64,000 nucleotides of DNA from Geosiphon pyriformis uo1 (taxonomy: Eukaryota; Fungi; Glomeromycota): the NCBI GenBank assembly GCA_016748015.1, contig JAAOMT010000494.1, positions 674,190 to 738,189 of the forward strand, given 5' to 3'. The position numbers were made by a program, and so were the translations under genes. Positions 63,458 to 64,000 of the stretch are shown here, one piece after another. Positions within the stretch are counted from its first letter, which is position 1. Each line of letters starts with the position of its first letter. The notes under the pieces are model-generated. The model saw nothing but the letters and a program-made list of their open reading frames with translations. It did no database searches and was not told the DNA's origin.

Positions 63458-64000
63458 ACAATAGGAAACAAAGTGGATTTTGACAACCTCACAGGAAGCA
63501 CCACTTTTATGTTACAGGTTGGAGTAACAAGCTAACAGATAGCAAGAGAGAACAGAATTGTAGGGTAATGGAAATAATCAAAGGGGAATTCAACTTCAAA
63601 GAGCAAATTGAATGAGTAGGAATTCAATGTGTGAGATCAGTCTTATAAAATATCTCAGTCGCTGTACTTTTCAAAGGTAACTGGGAAATCTGAAGGTAGA
63701 AGGATAGTCCATACTGTCAACAAATGATCACACTTGGTATAATTTTATGCCTCACATCGGTGCTTTTAGAATTCAATATCAAGTATTAGATGTGCTCTTC
63801 AGTCACATTTTATTCAATAATCTTCAAATACTACACTTATACATTTCAGAAAAAGGGTAAGGAATAACCAACAAGTAATCTTTTATCTTTAAGATGTTCA
63901 GATACTTGAAAGTAGGGAAAGGGAAATTAGCAATAAGAGAAGGATTGAGATGAAGTTGTTATTTTATTTCTTTTCTTTCTTTGATTCTTACATACTTTTC

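Larger units (their letters stand above)
56581..64000 (-). mobile_element. Ty3/Gypsy family A, copy 7: near full length, 5' LTR runs off the window
   Basis: 3' LTR 56581-57235, ORF3, IN, RT-RH ORF 60398-59367, PR, gag ORF 63457-62150, PBS ~63486-63503, 5' LTR from 63510. Confidence 0.93.

Overview
AT-rich, intron-rich fungal DNA. Gene style and transposon families suggest Glomeromycotina/Mucoromycota; this is inference and was not searched. The window has two sharply separated parts. (1) A gene block at 1-~10.1 kb holds VPS54 (- strand, running off the left edge) and an intact TGL4/SDP1-type patatin triacylglycerol lipase (+). Between them lies a decayed, intron-containing telomerase reverse transcriptase (TERT) pseudogene (-, ~3.67-6.69 kb). 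The ORF track misses it, but its T, 1/2, A, C, D, E and CTE motifs are readable across stops, frameshifts and deletions. (2) From 10.1 to 64 kb is a nested retroelement cluster. It contains seven copies or pieces of one ~7.6-kb Ty3/Gypsy family with ~0.65-0.75-kb LTRs, 4-bp RYRY TSDs, an elongator-tRNA-Met-like PBS, a UUUAAAC -1 gag-pol frameshift signal, a Cys-rich insert in Pol and an extra 3' ORF. It also contains LTRs of a second LTR family, a dUTPase relic, and several copies of an ORF1-only (HAL1-like) poly(A) retroposon. The repeats are strongly C>T/G>A mutated and CpG-depleted, except the LTR next to the gene block. Coordinates were read by eye and may be a few bases off.
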